Both the position numbers and the translations under genes were made by a program. DNA of 52,124 nucleotides from a virus. Its lineage: Duplodnaviria; Caudoviricetes. Under the pieces are notes generated by a model. That model worked only from the letters and a program-made list of their open reading frames with translations. It was not told the origin of the DNA and searched no databases. Where the stretch lies: IMG/VR virus record IMGVR_UViG_3300036791_000069, positions 1 through 52,124 of that record; one strand, 5' to 3'. This document shows, one piece after another, positions 9,040-20,103 of the stretch (positions are counted from its first letter, which is position 1; each line of letters opens with the position of its first letter).

Positions 9040-10233
9040 ATGGCTTACTTTCCACCGTATATAGATGTAACTGGACTCCATATTCCGGTTTACAACGATA
9101 TCTTTGACTATTTGTTGGAGCAGTACACTGCTATCTACGGGCAATCTGTTACAAGCAACATTAGCACAACGGATGTGCAGAGCATTTCTATGTTTGCTCT
9201 GATGATTAATGATTCGTTTGAAACAGCGCAAGCGATATTCAACGGACTGTCACCATCGAAAGCAATTGGCGCACAACAAGATTCCTTGTACAAGCTGAAT
9301 GGAATTGCAAGAGCGGGCGCGACGTTCTCTACTGCAACTGTGACTGTAACAGGAACCCCAAATTACAACATGGCTGGGAGAGTGGCGGCAGACAACAACG
9401 GTAATCTTTGGGATTTGCCATCAAGCTTCGTGATTCCTTCAGGTGGAAGCGTAGACGTTACGGCGGTCTGTGAAACTTCAGGACCAGTCAATGCGGCAAT
9501 TGGTGCAATTAATTTGATGAACAATCCGGTTGTGGATTGGACTAGCGTGTACAACGCTGCCGCTGCTTTTCCCGGTACTCCAGTTGAACCGGACTCCGCA
9601 TTTCGGGCGAGACAGGCACTCTCGGTTGTGCTGCCGTCTCAAAGCCTGTTTGCTGGCACGCTAGCGGGGGTAGCTGCCGTTGTCGGGGTCACAAGGTACG
9701 GCGGGGTCGAAAACCCAACCGGCGTCACAGACGCCAACGGAACCCCACCACACTCGATCAGCGTGGTTGTTGAAGGGGGAGCGAACGCGGATATCGCTCA
9801 GGCGATTTATTTAAATAAAACTCCGGGTTGTCTCACCAACGGTACAGTACCGGCAGGGAACGGGGTTACGGTCAACGTGTCTGATCCGATTACCGGGCAG
9901 ACCATGCCAATTTCCTTCTACCGTCCGACAGCGGTTCCTATCTTTGTTTATTGCAAAATTGTCGCTTTGCAGGGATACACAACTGTGACAGCATCAGCGA
10001 TTCAAACAGCCATTGTTAATTACTTAAACACGTTGCAGATTGGAGAGGATTTAACTATTTCAGCGTTGTATGGTGCGGCACTCACTGTTATGCCGAATCT
10101 TTCACAACCGATGTTTTCGATTATTCAAATGCAAGCCGGTTTAAGTTCCGGAAGCTTAGGAACAACGGATATTACGATTGCTTTCAATGCTGTTGTAAAG
10201 GGTATCGCTGCCAATGTGACGGTGACAACATGA
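9040..10233 (+). CDS. Baseplate J-like protein
   Basis: 'EPDSAFRARQ', 'PPHSISVVVEGG', 'KTPG'. Confidence 0.88.
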   Translation: MAYFPPYIDVTGLHIPVYNDIFDYLLEQYTAIYGQSVTSNISTTDVQSISMFALMINDSFETAQAIFNGLSPSKAIGAQQDSLYKLNGIARAGATFSTATVTVTGTPNYNMAGRVAADNNGNLWDLPSSFVIPSGGSVDVTAVCETSGPVNAAIGAINLMNNPVVDWTSVYNAAAAFPGTPVEPDSAFRARQALSVVLPSQSLFAGTLAGVAAVVGVTRYGGVENPTGVTDANGTPPHSISVVVEGGANADIAQAIYLNKTPGCLTNGTVPAGNGVTVNVSDPITGQTMPISFYRPTAVPIFVYCKIVALQGYTTVTASAIQTAIVNYLNTLQIGEDLTISALYGAALTVMPNLSQPMFSIIQMQAGLSSGSLGTTDITIAFNAVVKGIAANVTVTT

Positions 10234-11309
10234 GACCGTTACTGCCAACTAACGTTTTGGTGAATCCATATTTTGCTGGTGGTTCTTCAGCGAATTGGAT
10301 TCTTGAAGGACCGGGGTGGGTAATTGGTACTGGTGCGCCATATGGTGATGGGCACTTAGCTAATTTTACAGGACCGGGAACAGCGGCGATTGTTAACCAA
10401 ACGCGGATTGTGTGCATACCGGGTGCGCTAGTTAAAGGGCAATGTTGGGCGTTAGGTGAAATTGGTGCAACTGGTGCGGCAACATTGCGATTAATCTTTT
10501 GGGATGCAAACAACAATTTTATAAGACGTTCAAATGGCAATATTTCATATGACAGTTATGTTAGTCCAAACTATGTTTGGCAGTTATTGACAGTGTACGG
10601 CAATGCTCCAACAAATGTTGCATACGCGACGATTGATTTTGCAGTTTACAATTCTACGGGTGGTGCACCTCGATGGGGCGCAACTAGTTTCTTCGGTGCT
10701 AACTTATTAGGACAACTTGGAAGAACTGCTCTTTCAGTTAAACAACCGCTGAAGTATTATCTAAATCTATTTACGTCTCAGTACAAGGGTTCTGCCAAGT
10801 TGAATCAGTGGCAAGCTGCATTGATGCAACCAATTGATGATCTAACCAACTGCTTGCAGACGATTGATATAAGTTTTGATATCGATAATGCATTTGGATC
10901 GCAGTTAGATGTTGTTGGGGAAATAATAGGCGTATCACGTACGCTTTCTTTTCAGCCTTCTGGTGGAGTCTCACCGGTTCTTACTGACGATGATTACAAG
11001 TTGTTGTTATACGCAACGCAAGCCAAAAATACTTGGGATGGAACGATTGAATCTATCTATCGAATTTGGCAATTCTTATTTCCAAATGGCTTGTTGGCAA
11101 TTATCGATAACCAGAACATGACGGCAACAATAACAACAAGCGGTTCGTTCTCTTCAATTGAGCAAGACTTAATTACAAACGGTTACATAGTTCCCAGACC
11201 AGAGGGCGTGCAGTACAACGCGAGTGGTGGCGGAATCACCACCGGCTTGTTTGGGTTTGATCGTAACGATTCAACTGTTGCCGGATTCGATGTTGGCAAG
11301 TTTGCATAG
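10230..11309 (+). CDS. Baseplate wedge protein (DUF2612-like) with N-terminal carbohydrate-binding-like domain
   Basis: C-terminal 'FDIDNAFGSQLDVVGEIIGVSR', 'PRPEGV'; N-terminal 'NVLVNPYF..W' beta domain. Confidence 0.75.
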   Translation: MRPLLPTNVLVNPYFAGGSSANWILEGPGWVIGTGAPYGDGHLANFTGPGTAAIVNQTRIVCIPGALVKGQCWALGEIGATGAATLRLIFWDANNNFIRRSNGNISYDSYVSPNYVWQLLTVYGNAPTNVAYATIDFAVYNSTGGAPRWGATSFFGANLLGQLGRTALSVKQPLKYYLNLFTSQYKGSAKLNQWQAALMQPIDDLTNCLQTIDISFDIDNAFGSQLDVVGEIIGVSRTLSFQPSGGVSPVLTDDDYKLLLYATQAKNTWDGTIESIYRIWQFLFPNGLLAIIDNQNMTATITTSGSFSSIEQDLITNGYIVPRPEGVQYNASGGGITTGLFGFDRNDSTVAGFDVGKFA

Positions 11310-11324
11310 AAGGGAAAATAGATT

Positions 11325-11939
11325 ATGGCCGGAACGAATAACTTTTTGCAATGGAATCCAAGTTCAACAAATCAAGAGAATGATGCTGCTTATAGTGCCG
11401 ATTCGTTGCGTGCTAACGGTGCGCCGTCTGGTGCTATCTTTCCTTCTCCTACTGCAAATAAGTTGTTTTACCAATGCACTTCAATGGTAGCTGCACTTGC
11501 GCAGATGATGGCGAACAAGAACTATAACATGTCTGATGCGAACGAAGCAAATCTAATTGCAGCATTAGCAAATCTTGTCGCCAAAGCAGATGTTCCGGGT
11601 TATCTAGTGCAATGGTCAGAAGTTCCCGGACAGTTTGTTCGTTTCTCGGATTTTACTAAGGGTAACAATGCCAATGGATATTGGGAAAAGAACGGTGCAT
11701 CGGGGTCAATTAGACAATGGGGATCGATTAATACAGACATTAACAATGGTCAATTGGGTGTCACGTTTCCAACAGCGTTTACGAATGCTGCGAGTATATC
11801 GGTTGTTTGTACCACTCGCGGGGCAGCTAGTTTTGATCGAATTATTTATGTGATCAGCGGAAGCGTAACAGTAAACGGTTTTACTGTGGCAAACAATGGT
11901 AGTGGTGGGTTCGGATACTGGCAAGCAATGGGGTATTAG
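11325..11939 (+). CDS. Short tail fibre protein
   Basis: N-terminal 'NNFL...ANKLFYQ' baseplate anchor; C-terminal 'IRQWG...VTFPTAF...YWQAMGY'. Confidence 0.75.
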   Translation: MAGTNNFLQWNPSSTNQENDAAYSADSLRANGAPSGAIFPSPTANKLFYQCTSMVAALAQMMANKNYNMSDANEANLIAALANLVAKADVPGYLVQWSEVPGQFVRFSDFTKGNNANGYWEKNGASGSIRQWGSINTDINNGQLGVTFPTAFTNAASISVVCTTRGAASFDRIIYVISGSVTVNGFTVANNGSGGFGYWQAMGY

Positions 11940-11942
11940 ACA

Positions 11943-14900
11943 ATGAATAAATTAGTGTGGTTGCTGCTGTTAGTAGGGATCAAGGCGTATGCGCAGTATT
12001 CAACCGTGTCTGCGACGGTTACAGACTCAGATGCTCAGACGTGGAACAACGGAACGTATCAGGTAACGTTTGTTCCGCCAACTGGATATACCGGTACAAT
12101 CTATACGTTTAACGGTATAGGGTGGACTCCAACTGTTTTTAGTGGTGTCTTGTCTAGCACTGGTGTTCTCAACGCTCCAAGTATTCCAAGAAATGATTTC
12201 ATTGTCCCTGCTAACTCGCACTGGAATTTTAAAATTTGCCCACATGCGTCTGTGACTTGTACCAGTGTTACAACAGTTAGTGTTAATGCGGCAACATTGG
12301 ATATCACGTCTCAATTGAAATTGCAGACAGTACGCTTTACCGCATCGAATGCCAATGGTTCGTATGGCTATGCTGATGTGGAAGTGTCACCTATTCCACC
12401 AGTGGGCGGGTTTTATTTCAATGTTAATTTAGGTTCCCAGAAAGTATGGGACGGAACACAGTGGGGCGCTAGTGGTGGTGGTGGTGGGTTTCTGGGTGGT
12501 GATGTAACCGGGCCTAGCAGTTCAAACACTGTGATAAAAGTTCACAATGTGCCAATACCTACATCAGCAACAGTTATTGGAACGACTTCGTTAGGGGTGG
12601 TTGTAGATGCGACTAACGCTACGTTAAGTAATAACACAACGGGCAATGCGTTGACGGCGACAACGGCAACAAATACGACTAACGTTAATGGTGGTTCTGT
12701 GCCAGTAAGTAAGACAATTGTTGGTACAAACTCAACTGGTAGGCTTATTGATGCTAGTTCAGCGATTTTGAGCAACAATACTACGGGCAATGCTGCAACT
12801 GCAACAACTGCAACAACTGCTGTAACGGCAGAAAATACGACTAGTGTTAACGGTGGCGCGGTACCTACAAGTAAGATGATTATTGGAACAGATTCGACAG
12901 GTAAGTTGATTGACGCCACTAATGTAACGTTAAGCAATAACACAACAGGTAATGCGGCAACAGCAACTAATGCGACACACGCCACGAATGCAGACAATGC
13001 TACGAATGCCACTATAGCGGCAAATGCCACAAGCGTAAACGGTGGAAGCATACCCACAAATAAGACGATTGTAGGTACAGACGGAACTGGTAAAATTAGT
13101 GATGCTACTTCGGCAACGTTAACTAATAATACATCCGGTAACGCTGCCACTGCGACAAACGCAACCAATGCGACAAATGCGACAAATGCAACTAAACTTG
13201 CTGCCACTCCAACGTCTTGCACACTGCCGTTAGTAGCAAGTGGTGTTGATATAAGCGGCAATGCAATTTGCGTTCAATCTCTACCATCTGGAGTAGCTTC
13301 CGATGGCAGTAATGGACTTGGTGTGCAGGGCAGCGTGACGGCGGGTCTGAGCACATCGACTCATACCGCTCTCGGAACAGCGGGTGTTACTTTCCCCGAT
13401 GCCAGCGTGCAGAGAAATGCCAATCCTCCTTCCCCTGTCGTCAAGATGATTCGGTCTACGACTACGGCCACCTCTACTGGAAGCCCGGTGCCACAGCAAG
13501 TAATCGCACTTCTGGGCAACTCGCTGGTACAAGTCGATACCGGATTCGTTGGCGAATTTTGTGCTGAGACGCAGCAGAGCAATGCGTCCATTGGGACGGT
13601 TTATGCATTGTTTATGTTAGGACATCAGTGCCGGGTAACTGCTAGCGGGTCATCTGATGCTAGCGGCAACGTTACTCTCGTGGTTCCTAACGCGGACGGA
13701 TATTTCCAACCAGGTTCACGATTTACGTCATCCTCGGGAGCAGCGCCGTTCGGCTGTCTGTTTGACTCTTACACGGTGGCTTCAACTACAGCCACAACCA
13801 TTACTTTCCCAACAGCAGGAACGGGGAGTCAGTGTAGCACCATAAGTTCCTCAGCCGTGGGTATCTATTTAACCACTGCCGTGCAGAAATTCGGTATGAA
13901 CGGAGCCTCGCTCGATGCATGGTATGGAGCGGCTGGTGGTTATGGATTCGCAGGGTACAAAACATGGATTCAGAGCGCCATCGCCGCAGGACAGACGCCA
14001 ATTACCGTATGGGCCGATGCGGGAATCATGACGAATAGCACCCGCACAAGTGGCATGAGTTACGCTCAATTCATGGCTGATCTTCTGCCTAAGGTGGCAG
14101 CGGCTGAAGCTATTACCGCAACTACCCCGGCAGGCAATGTCGTAGCCGTGTCGAATTTTCCAATGATCATCACCACAGGCAATCCTGAAGCGTGTCAGAC
14201 TAACGTCACTTCGGTTTACACATCGGCGTGCTCAGGAGGATCAAATACTGGTGCGGGTGGTGTGTACGTCCCTCCAGTGCAGAGCAATGCTGGAACACAG
14301 TACGTGTTTCCTTATGGTACAACCGGCGCTAACTTTCCAACTCCTGCCACGATTACAAGCGGGGCCATCAGCACGGGTGCTAATACGGTTACGATTAATC
14401 CCTGCCCGCCCGACCTCTGGGGTGGACCCGGTGACGTAGTGCCGACTACTTTAGATAGCAACGGCTTTCTCCGCCGTCATCAGAACTTGATCCAAATGGT
14501 CGTTGACAGTGCTGCGAGTAACGCACAGGAACTTGTGAGCCTGACGGCTATTCTGCCCACAGGAGCCACAGGCTTGCACGGCTTCCCTACATGCCAAGTG
14601 TCCTTTACAGCAGCTTTTGCTCATGCTGCTAACGCTCCAATCTTCGCTACTGAATGGACAGCAGACCAAGAATGGACGGTTTGGAAAACGGAAATTCCGT
14701 ACGACGTGGCAGCGGCTTTTCCTACTAACATACAAGTGGTCGATACCCTTCAGGGAATAGGCAGACAGGTAAACAACCCCGGTACGCTAATGGCTAATGA
14801 GCTTCATCCGAATGGCGGGGGATACGGTCATATAGCTGCTAAGATTACACAAACCATTGCCAGCTTCCAGAGTCTTCCCCAGCAGCCCAACACGGCTGAC

Positions 14901-16451
14901 CCACTGACGCTTCAACAAGACACCTATCTACTACAGCAAACAAGACAAGCTGTCGATATAGGCTACGATGCCGGTATTAATTGGCAGGCAAGAGTAGCTT
15001 CTGGCGCGGGAAGCAACTGCGGTGCGTACTATACCAAATGCGCCATTGATCCGCAAAGTTTCTACCCCGCTTACCTAGCGCCGTTCATTGGAACTCTCGG
15101 TGCCGGTTTTGTGCGCCCCAACGTGCCTGCAACTGCGGGTATGATCTTCAACGGGGATGCTCAGACAGGGGATTACTTTTACACCCTCGCCGGAGGTTCG
15201 TGGCAACCTACTACATTGAGCACACCGGGATACTTCAATCCCAACGTTGTTCAGGTTTCCTATACAGGAACCCCGCTTATGCCATTGGGAGGACGCAATG
15301 CGGTAATGCGGCCCTACTATGCCGACACCGCAAAAGGAGCTTTGTTCGCTGCCCATCCCTTCACGTACCCGCTGAATGGTACCTATAACCTGAAAGTAGG
15401 GACCAGCAGCACAAATAATCTGGTGTTCGTCATGCAACCGGGCCAAAACGCTTCAGTGATCGGGGGCCAGAGTGCTTTGAGTTGTGTGCAGATCGAAATG
15501 CAAACCAACGACTGGATCATCTTCTCGGGGAATACACCCGGAACATCAGGCACGCTGGGGACACTTCTTCAACTACCGGCAGGTGGAAATTGGAATGGGG
15601 CCACTTGCACTTGGACTGACACCAGCGGTACGAACTACAGCACCTACAACAGTCAGATGGCCAGTCTAGTACAGCAGTACCGGCCTCCGGATGCAAGCTT
15701 TTCGCAAGCGACCGTAACAGGTACTGCTAATATTCCGTTTACCTCCTCCACTGTGGGTGTAACTCTACCGCCAATTCCGTCCACTGCCATAACGGGCGCT
15801 CCATATGTCCCCTTAACCACTGGAGGCAATTGTGCTACTGGAACGACGTATTCAATGAAAATGGGTTACATCCCTAATTACTGGGTTAATAAGGCGGGTG
15901 GTCCTTTTTACCAGTTCTCCGGTCCAATGCAGGCGAGTACTTTTACTCTCGCACCCGCTTCTGGCACGACCAATCAAATCGGCATGAGTGCGCTCGCCAA
16001 TCCTCCTTTTGGCTATTCGGTGGTGCTGTTTCTCCAAATCTCAGGGACGTATTATGCTGTGGCATCTACTCCCACTAGCGCTGCTCCGCGAACAACCTGC
16101 CCCGCTACAGGTGCCGGGCTTGCTGTAGGTAATACTGTTGACAATTCGCAGAGCGGATTTACAGGAGCGGAGTTTAACAGTACTGCTCCGCAAACCACGG
16201 TCAACTGCGCCACTTCAGGCACGGCGATATTCTCACAGCCGCAGCAGGGTACATCGGACAAAAAGGTGTTGGTGCATCTAGCAGCATGCAATGGCGCGGC
16301 TTCATTCACGTTCCCGGTGGGCTACACCAATACTCCCGGTATCTTTGCGTCAAGTACTGTGACTTCGGGACTAGTCACATCGCTGTCGGCCACTGCTGTG
16401 ACCGTCACCGGGAGTACCAGCACCGGGACCATTGTGCTTGAGGATTATTAA
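11943..16451 (+). CDS. 1502-aa fibre/adhesin-like protein with signal-peptide-like N-terminus, internal repeats and SGNH-like motifs
   Basis: [18 protein letters not shown]; Thr/Gly/Ser-rich; 'ALLGNSL' and '[10 protein letters not shown]'. Confidence 0.6.
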   Translation: MNKLVWLLLLVGIKAYAQYSTVSATVTDSDAQTWNNGTYQVTFVPPTGYTGTIYTFNGIGWTPTVFSGVLSSTGVLNAPSIPRNDFIVPANSHWNFKICPHASVTCTSVTTVSVNAATLDITSQLKLQTVRFTASNANGSYGYADVEVSPIPPVGGFYFNVNLGSQKVWDGTQWGASGGGGGFLGGDVTGPSSSNTVIKVHNVPIPTSATVIGTTSLGVVVDATNATLSNNTTGNALTATTATNTTNVNGGSVPVSKTIVGTNSTGRLIDASSAILSNNTTGNAATATTATTAVTAENTTSVNGGAVPTSKMIIGTDSTGKLIDATNVTLSNNTTGNAATATNATHATNADNATNATIAANATSVNGGSIPTNKTIVGTDGTGKISDATSATLTNNTSGNAATATNATNATNATNATKLAATPTSCTLPLVASGVDISGNAICVQSLPSGVASDGSNGLGVQGSVTAGLSTSTHTALGTAGVTFPDASVQRNANPPSPVVKMIRSTTTATSTGSPVPQQVIALLGNSLVQVDTGFVGEFCAETQQSNASIGTVYALFMLGHQCRVTASGSSDASGNVTLVVPNADGYFQPGSRFTSSSGAAPFGCLFDSYTVASTTATTITFPTAGTGSQCSTISSSAVGIYLTTAVQKFGMNGASLDAWYGAAGGYGFAGYKTWIQSAIAAGQTPITVWADAGIMTNSTRTSGMSYAQFMADLLPKVAAAEAITATTPAGNVVAVSNFPMIITTGNPEACQTNVTSVYTSACSGGSNTGAGGVYVPPVQSNAGTQYVFPYGTTGANFPTPATITSGAISTGANTVTINPCPPDLWGGPGDVVPTTLDSNGFLRRHQNLIQMVVDSAASNAQELVSLTAILPTGATGLHGFPTCQVSFTAAFAHAANAPIFATEWTADQEWTVWKTEIPYDVAAAFPTNIQVVDTLQGIGRQVNNPGTLMANELHPNGGGYGHIAAKITQTIASFQSLPQQPNTADPLTLQQDTYLLQQTRQAVDIGYDAGINWQARVASGAGSNCGAYYTKCAIDPQSFYPAYLAPFIGTLGAGFVRPNVPATAGMIFNGDAQTGDYFYTLAGGSWQPTTLSTPGYFNPNVVQVSYTGTPLMPLGGRNAVMRPYYADTAKGALFAAHPFTYPLNGTYNLKVGTSSTNNLVFVMQPGQNASVIGGQSALSCVQIEMQTNDWIIFSGNTPGTSGTLGTLLQLPAGGNWNGATCTWTDTSGTNYSTYNSQMASLVQQYRPPDASFSQATVTGTANIPFTSSTVGVTLPPIPSTAITGAPYVPLTTGGNCATGTTYSMKMGYIPNYWVNKAGGPFYQFSGPMQASTFTLAPASGTTNQIGMSALANPPFGYSVVLFLQISGTYYAVASTPTSAAPRTTCPATGAGLAVGNTVDNSQSGFTGAEFNSTAPQTTVNCATSGTAIFSQPQQGTSDKKVLVHLAACNGAASFTFPVGYTNTPGIFASSTVTSGLVTSLSATAVTVTGSTSTGTIVLEDY
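12543..13195 (+). repeat. About four copies of an approximately 50-aa coding repeat
   Basis: Unit VNGG..P..K.IVGT.STG...DA....[11 protein letters not shown] with a variable-length (NAT)n tail. Confidence 0.85.
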
Positions 16452-16457
16452 ACTAAG

Positions 16458-18464
16458 TTAAGACTTATAGAACGTGAACAACCCGGTACGTTGGTAAGCA
16501 TCCGGTTTCCGTGCGCCAACATGCACCAATATTTCATTTGCCATCGCAACATATTTCTCGTAATCAAGATCAGATGGAATTTCATCTTGCAATTCCATCA
16601 TTGGCTTTCCGCCGTCTGAGTTGGGAACTTTGTTGCCGCTTAGGACGTATTGAATATCTGTTTGCATCTTAGTTGAGTAATACCATCGAATCGTCTTGCC
16701 TAGATACTTACCGCTTTTCTTCGCTCCACCTTTGACGTTTCGCACAATCAGAAAACGGCGAATGTCGTTGCAGCTATAGATGGTCGTTTCAATTGGTGTG
16801 CCTACAGCAAGGAACGCGATTGCTGCATCCGTTGCAACGAACGCTTCAGGGTTGCGCGAAAGCGGGGAATCCCCGGCGCTGCCTCTTTCGGAGAACGCAC
16901 CTTTGACCTTGAAGCTGCCATCTTTCTTAATTGCGATGTAGTTATTCACATCGCGGGAGTAGACCGCCTGATATTCTGTTTCTTCGGTAACAAAGCCGGT
17001 GTTTCGTTCCCACTCCGCGATGATGCCGTTCAAGGTCTCGCGCATTCTGAAGTTACATTCAATTAAAACTCCATCCGTGTTGGCGGATACAACATGGATA
17101 CCCCAACCACGTTGTTCGATCATATCGATAAGCAGCAACAGGCATAGTTGGCCGGTTAGTGTTACTTGGAACAACAGTTCCGGGGCGTAGAGCAGAGACC
17201 AACGATTACCAAGCTTGCCGAATGTGCCGTTGATAGTGATCTTCAACGCATCGGCAACCACCTTATCACCGTTTTTCTTTGCGCTTAGACGCTGATCGAC
17301 AATGCTCTTGTAGACTTCCAAGAACACTTTACCTAGATGGTTTGGACACAATTGTTGATTAAGAATGATGTTAGGATAGTAACTGGCAACGTCTCTGTCT
17401 AAAAGCAAGGTTCCTTCAGTAGCCTTACACGTCTGACTTTTCTCTGTGCTGTGCAGTCCACCGGCACCAATACGGTATGTGCTTCTAGCGATACGCAAAT
17501 CTAGCTTAGTGAGCAAGTCTGGTATCTTCACTGATCCATGTTCATCGATGGTGAAGACTTCGCTTCGGATGATGGACAACAATTCTTGCAACACTTGATG
17601 GTGGTAATTAAGAAATGAAGGTATCTGGTACCTATAGTGTGTTACGGGATTTAAAGGTTTTCGTGGTTCTTGTCCTGTTAACCGTGTTAGCTCGCGTGTT
17701 ATTACACTTTCTGCGATTTGGGCATCTGACCTAGAACGCAGATCAACGTTGTAGAGATTCGATAACTTGTAACGCAAGTCCAGTTGCGGCTTGAGAAAGT
17801 TCAACAGCAGTTCGGTGTTATCAACATCGTTCATGCAATACGTTTTTAATTGTTCTTTCTGATCTAGCGTAAGCATGGACTCTTCGGGGAATGGCAAGTC
17901 TTGCATTCGCTTGCAGTGCAGCCGTCCAGCGTACAGCTTCAATGATCCTATGAGTGGGGCAACCTCTTTAAGATCGATGCTGTTTGTCTGAATAATCTTC
18001 ATCTTGTAGGCTTGCTCAAACTGGTAGGGAGTTAATCCGGCGAAGTGGTCATCTTTCACGATGATCTTGTTTACGAGCGCTTTCAATTGTCCCGGTGTCG
18101 CACCGGTCAACGCTAGCGTGGCAACCAATAGATCAAATCCTTTTGAATTAAATCCAACCATTAGGAAATGTTGCAGAATCCAAGCCATCTTTCCGGTGTC
18201 GAACGGATATTCAAACACTAGGTACTTGCCACTGTTGAAGTGCTTGAACACGAAGAGACAATAGTTAATGTAAATTTCAGAGTCGAAGCAGCACACTTCC
18301 CCGGCAGGGATTGCCATCAGTTCCGCATCAGTCAGCAACGCTCGATCCGGTGTCGTGTAGGCAACCTCAAACGGGTCATCCGGCACCGTTGGCTTCGCTG
18401 GTGGCAGGAGCATGAATTCCGCTGTTTGTGGAGTTAAGAAAGCTTCTTCAAATCCAAACGCCAT
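16458..18464 (-). CDS. DNA polymerase, family B-like
   Basis: Exonuclease motifs 'FDSE', 'GFNSKGFD', 'YCMND'; polymerase motifs 'DVASYYP', 'KITINGTFGK', 'NTDG'. Confidence 0.88.
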   Translation of the reverse strand: MAFGFEEAFLTPQTAEFMLLPPAKPTVPDDPFEVAYTTPDRALLTDAELMAIPAGEVCCFDSEIYINYCLFVFKHFNSGKYLVFEYPFDTGKMAWILQHFLMVGFNSKGFDLLVATLALTGATPGQLKALVNKIIVKDDHFAGLTPYQFEQAYKMKIIQTNSIDLKEVAPLIGSLKLYAGRLHCKRMQDLPFPEESMLTLDQKEQLKTYCMNDVDNTELLLNFLKPQLDLRYKLSNLYNVDLRSRSDAQIAESVITRELTRLTGQEPRKPLNPVTHYRYQIPSFLNYHHQVLQELLSIIRSEVFTIDEHGSVKIPDLLTKLDLRIARSTYRIGAGGLHSTEKSQTCKATEGTLLLDRDVASYYPNIILNQQLCPNHLGKVFLEVYKSIVDQRLSAKKNGDKVVADALKITINGTFGKLGNRWSLLYAPELLFQVTLTGQLCLLLLIDMIEQRGWGIHVVSANTDGVLIECNFRMRETLNGIIAEWERNTGFVTEETEYQAVYSRDVNNYIAIKKDGSFKVKGAFSERGSAGDSPLSRNPEAFVATDAAIAFLAVGTPIETTIYSCNDIRRFLIVRNVKGGAKKSGKYLGKTIRWYYSTKMQTDIQYVLSGNKVPNSDGGKPMMELQDEIPSDLDYEKYVAMANEILVHVGARKPDAYQRTGLFTFYKS

Positions 18465-18466
18465 AA

Positions 18467-19579
18467 TTATTCCTGTATCGGACGTTGCGCTATAACTCCC
18501 CTGATGTTGTGTCCTTGAAAGTAAGACATGCTTCTGGTGACGTTAAATGCTATCTTCTCAGCAAACGGATGAATAAGGCGCAAAGTAGAAATCGCAAACG
18601 ATATCCCATCCGGCAACCCTTCGCAAATGTTAATTGCACCGTCTGTTTCATAGCGGTCTGTACACATTCCTTCCTTTCTCAAATAAATACGATCATCATT
18701 TGAGAATGGTGCGAGTCTCTCGACTGCTGCCCAAAAGCCAAGCGGCACCGGTTCAAGCTTCACCGGCAGACTTAGGAACCCTTGCAGGTTGGGGAAGTGT
18801 TCGTCATGGTGCAGCTTCGTCTTAATCCAGCTTCGGTCCGGGAAGTAAGCTGTGAGGGTATCGGCGCTACAGGCGAGTGAGTAAACCGCTTTACCCTTCG
18901 TCCTGTGCAGTGCCTTGATGAACATTTTGGGAACGATCAAGCCAAACGGTGTAGTGCAGCCATGCCATGCTTCCATGATTACGTCGCCGTTGGTGGCAAT
19001 GATGGAACCTTCAAGCATTTGAACGCTGGAATAGAGAACGGTCCGGTTGTGTTCGTTGGCTATCTTGCCTACACGCTGCAAGGCTTGTTCAAACTCAATT
19101 GAAACTGGTAGGTCTGGAATATCGCTATACATCGGCGGCAACTCTGATTGCTCGATGCAAGGAACAATGGCATGGAAGTTGCCAGATTTAATTGAAAGTT
19201 CTTTTGTGGGCAGCAACGTTAGGTTGATGATATCGGGGCATTCCGTCAAAGCATCTAAAAACTTCTGCGTGTGTGGGCAGCATTCGATATCCTCTTGAAT
19301 CTGGATACCGGCAGACAGGACACCAGCACACGCAGAGATGTACTTACCGAATATCCGGCAATGAGACTCAGCCGGATTCGTGGAACGCTTGGGTTGGCTA
19401 ACGCTAATAAACTGAACTGCGTTTAGTAACCTGTTTGATTCTGGTTCCGGTTTGGGTTCCTTCGCTGTTCTCTTCGCTCTCTTTGTCTTTGGCAGCGGGT
19501 TCTCCAAGTGAAAAGGCTGCTTCGATTCTGGCGACGTGGAACCAGTTGATATATCGATTACCTTTTGCGGTTCTGACAT
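18467..19579 (-). CDS. Sliding-clamp (beta-clamp)-like protein
   Basis: Adjacent to PolB; 'IIATNG', 'LSIKSGNF.A.VPC'; start uncertain (ATG 19579 or CTG 19495). Confidence 0.6.
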   Translation of the reverse strand: MSEPQKVIDISTGSTSPESKQPFHLENPLPKTKRAKRTAKEPKPEPESNRLLNAVQFISVSQPKRSTNPAESHCRIFGKYISACAGVLSAGIQIQEDIECCPHTQKFLDALTECPDIINLTLLPTKELSIKSGNFHAIVPCIEQSELPPMYSDIPDLPVSIEFEQALQRVGKIANEHNRTVLYSSVQMLEGSIIATNGDVIMEAWHGCTTPFGLIVPKMFIKALHRTKGKAVYSLACSADTLTAYFPDRSWIKTKLHHDEHFPNLQGFLSLPVKLEPVPLGFWAAVERLAPFSNDDRIYLRKEGMCTDRYETDGAINICEGLPDGISFAISTLRLIHPFAEKIAFNVTRSMSYFQGHNIRGVIAQRPIQE

Positions 19580-19682
19580 AGCATTGACCACCAATTGGAG
19601 CGGTGCAAACCGGACATACAACGTCCGATGGTTTGTGTTCAGAAGGGGATGTAGTCTCGATCTTCGTAGCTGTCGCAACCAT
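19404..19682 (-). CDS. Phage zinc-finger protein
   Basis: GGAGG RBS; 'CPVCTAPIGGQC...WFHVAR'; overlaps both neighbours. Confidence 0.55.
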   Translation of the reverse strand: MVATATKIETTSPSEHKPSDVVCPVCTAPIGGQCYVRTAKGNRYINWFHVARIEAAFSLGEPAAKDKESEENSEGTQTGTRIKQVTKRSSVY

Positions 19683-19932
19683 TGGCAATAACCTCCGGGG
19701 GTGGCATTGCGTTATAGAGACTGCAAGTGTTGTTCCAATGCTTGCAGGTAATGCAAGTGCAGAAATAATCGCTACGCTTGCCTAGCGTGTTAAGCAGTTG
19801 AGACGCGAACATATAGAAGTGTTGAGGAACGTTAATTACAACCATTCCGTTCACCGGGTTGGTTGCAATCAGGCGCGGCGACAGCTTCATCGTGTTGCGT
19901 TGTTGTGATTCGACTGGTTGATTAAGTTTCAT
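19639..19932 (-). CDS. Small Cys-rich protein ending in DYIPF
   Basis: 'CITCKHW..C...PPPEVIANGC..Y'. Confidence 0.6.
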   Translation of the reverse strand: MKLNQPVESQQRNTMKLSPRLIATNPVNGMVVINVPQHFYMFASQLLNTLGKRSDYFCTCITCKHWNNTCSLYNAMPPPEVIANGCDSYEDRDYIPF

Positions 19933-20103
19933 TGGTTGCTCTTTTCAACCGGATAGCTGTAAAGAGTGTAATGTTAACTAACGTTGGTTGTCCCTTGAGG
20001 TTGCTGTACCAGCAACGGAAACAAGGTGTGGTTGGTAATCGGCAACGAGAGAGTAATACACCAATGCAACTAAGAGTCTCAGTTTTCATAAGTTCTTTCT
20101 AAT

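Noticed and set aside
11325-16451. Diversity-generating retroelement or invertible tail-fibre system
   Set aside because: No reverse transcriptase, template/variable repeat pair or invertase is visible.
19922-20089. 55-aa minus-strand ORF (MKTETLSC...)
   Set aside because: It fills the gap but has no clear RBS or recognisable motif, so I cannot support it.
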